Assembly: GCF_009834535.1 (NCBI RefSeq)
Contig: NC_045697.1
Coordinates: 43,216,001 to 43,280,000, forward strand
Reading direction: 5' to 3'
Length of the DNA: 64,000 nt
From: Camelus ferus
Taxonomy: Eukaryota
The notes under the pieces are model-generated. The model made no database searches and was not told the DNA's origin. It was given only the letters and a program-made list of their open reading frames with translations. The position numbers and the translations under genes were made by a program. Positions 62,895-64,000 of this stretch are shown here, piece after piece; within the stretch, counting starts at the first letter, position 1, and every line of letters begins with the position of its first letter.

Positions 62895-63880
62895 ATTTTT
62901 CAATTTTATTCGTATTTTAAAAGAACTAACTTTGACTTTGTTAATTTTTCTGAGTTGTTCCTCTGATTTCTATTTCATTGATACAAACTGTCCAGTATTT
63001 TCATTCTACTTAATTTAGGTGTTTTTTTTTTTTAATTCTTTTTCTGCCTTCTTAAGGTGGAAGCTTAGATTGTTGATTTAAAATCTTCCTTCTTTTAATA
63101 ATAAGCATTTAAAAATAATTTTCCCTCTAAATAAAACTTTAGCTGCATCCCACAAATTTTGATATGTTGTTTTCCTTTTCATTCAGTTTGAACTATTTTC
63201 TAGTTTTCTTTGCAATTTCTTTTTTGACATTTCTGTTATTTAGAAGAATATTTAAATTTTCAGTAATTTTGGATTTTCCAAATTTCTTATTAATTTTTAA
63301 TTTATTTAATTGTGATCAGCAATTACATACTGTGTGATTTAAAATCCTCTTAAATTTATCAGAACACCTTTTAGACCCCAGCACATGGTCCATGTGTCTG
63401 TGAAAGAATGTATGTATATTCTGCTACTGTTGGACGAAATGTTCTATAAATGTCCATTAAGTCAAGTTGGTTGATTGATAGTGCTGTTAATGTCTTCTGT
63501 GTCCTTATGGATTTTTATTGTCTATTTGTTCTACCAATGTCTGAAAAATATTTGCCTGTTTTTCTATTTAGTTCTTTTAAATATTGCTTCATATATTTTG
63601 AAGCTCTGTTATTAGTTACATATATATTTAAGATGTTTATTTCTTCTTAGTAAATCAAAGATTTTATTTCAAATGTCCGTATTTATTTCATTGAATGTTC
63701 TTTTTCTATTTTAAACAATATTAATGCAGCTATGTTACAATTAGAATATGTATGTTATATTTTTCCATCCTATTACTTTTTAAATAATGTGTCTTTGTAT
63801 TTATAGTGTGTATCTTATAAATATCATACATTTGGATCTTACTTTCTTATTCACTCTGATAATCTCTTCCTTTTAATTGG
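62895..63880 (-). mobile_element. old L1M ORF2 (endonuclease-proximal) fragment, preceded by an L2 piece at about 62620-62890
   Basis: T-rich antisense L1: 'ctttagctgcatcccacaaattttgatatgttgt', 'gtgaaagaatgtat...attctgctactgttgg...aatgttctataaatgtccattaagtcaagttggttga', 'ttgaagctctgttattag'. Confidence 0.88.
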
Positions 63881-64000
63881 CTCTTCTCTAGAAGAGAAGA
63901 GCAGAATGAAGTAAATGGAACAATATTATTCTAGGCTTCTTACATTATTTATATGTGAAGGGGAATAATATTAATCCAAATGAAATTGTGAGAGGTTTGG

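Noticed and set aside
1..64000. CRISPR array, operon, prophage or other prokaryotic system, or a horizontally acquired insert
   Set aside because: No regularly spaced repeat-spacer array, no long ORFs and no compositionally foreign segment. The window is CpG-depleted mammalian DNA dominated by known repeat classes.

Overview
This is eutherian mammalian, non-coding (intergenic or deep intronic) DNA, most likely from a camelid. The basis is two tRNA-Ala-derived Vic-1-type SINEs and artiodactyl-type L1 3' ends, while I saw no BovB/Bov-tA, PRE-1, Alu or B1. I can support no protein-coding exon, real tRNA/rRNA gene or CRISPR array. The ORF track looks like chance ORFs or decayed transposon frames. 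Much of the window is ancient repeats, often nested: MIR, L2, L3/CR1, L4, L1M, MaLR/ERVL LTRs, and hAT and Tigger MITEs. Repeat-poor unique blocks lie between them and look like candidate enhancers (about 10.5-11.5, 14.0-14.3, 24.4-24.9, 26.5-26.9, 52.1-53.3 and 61.1-61.6 kb). I found no convincing new multi-component biological system. The best leads are three: (i) a fossil RTE-like LINE reverse-transcriptase frame (minus strand, about 16.3-17.6 kb) with one internal stop over 156 codons, split by an MLT2 LTR; (ii) a CpG-enriched cluster of four same-strand RUNX motifs plus E-boxes and splice-donor-like sites; (iii) an anomalously CpG-rich patch in an old L2. Repeat family names come from remembered consensus sequences, not a database run, and most repeat boundaries are approximate.
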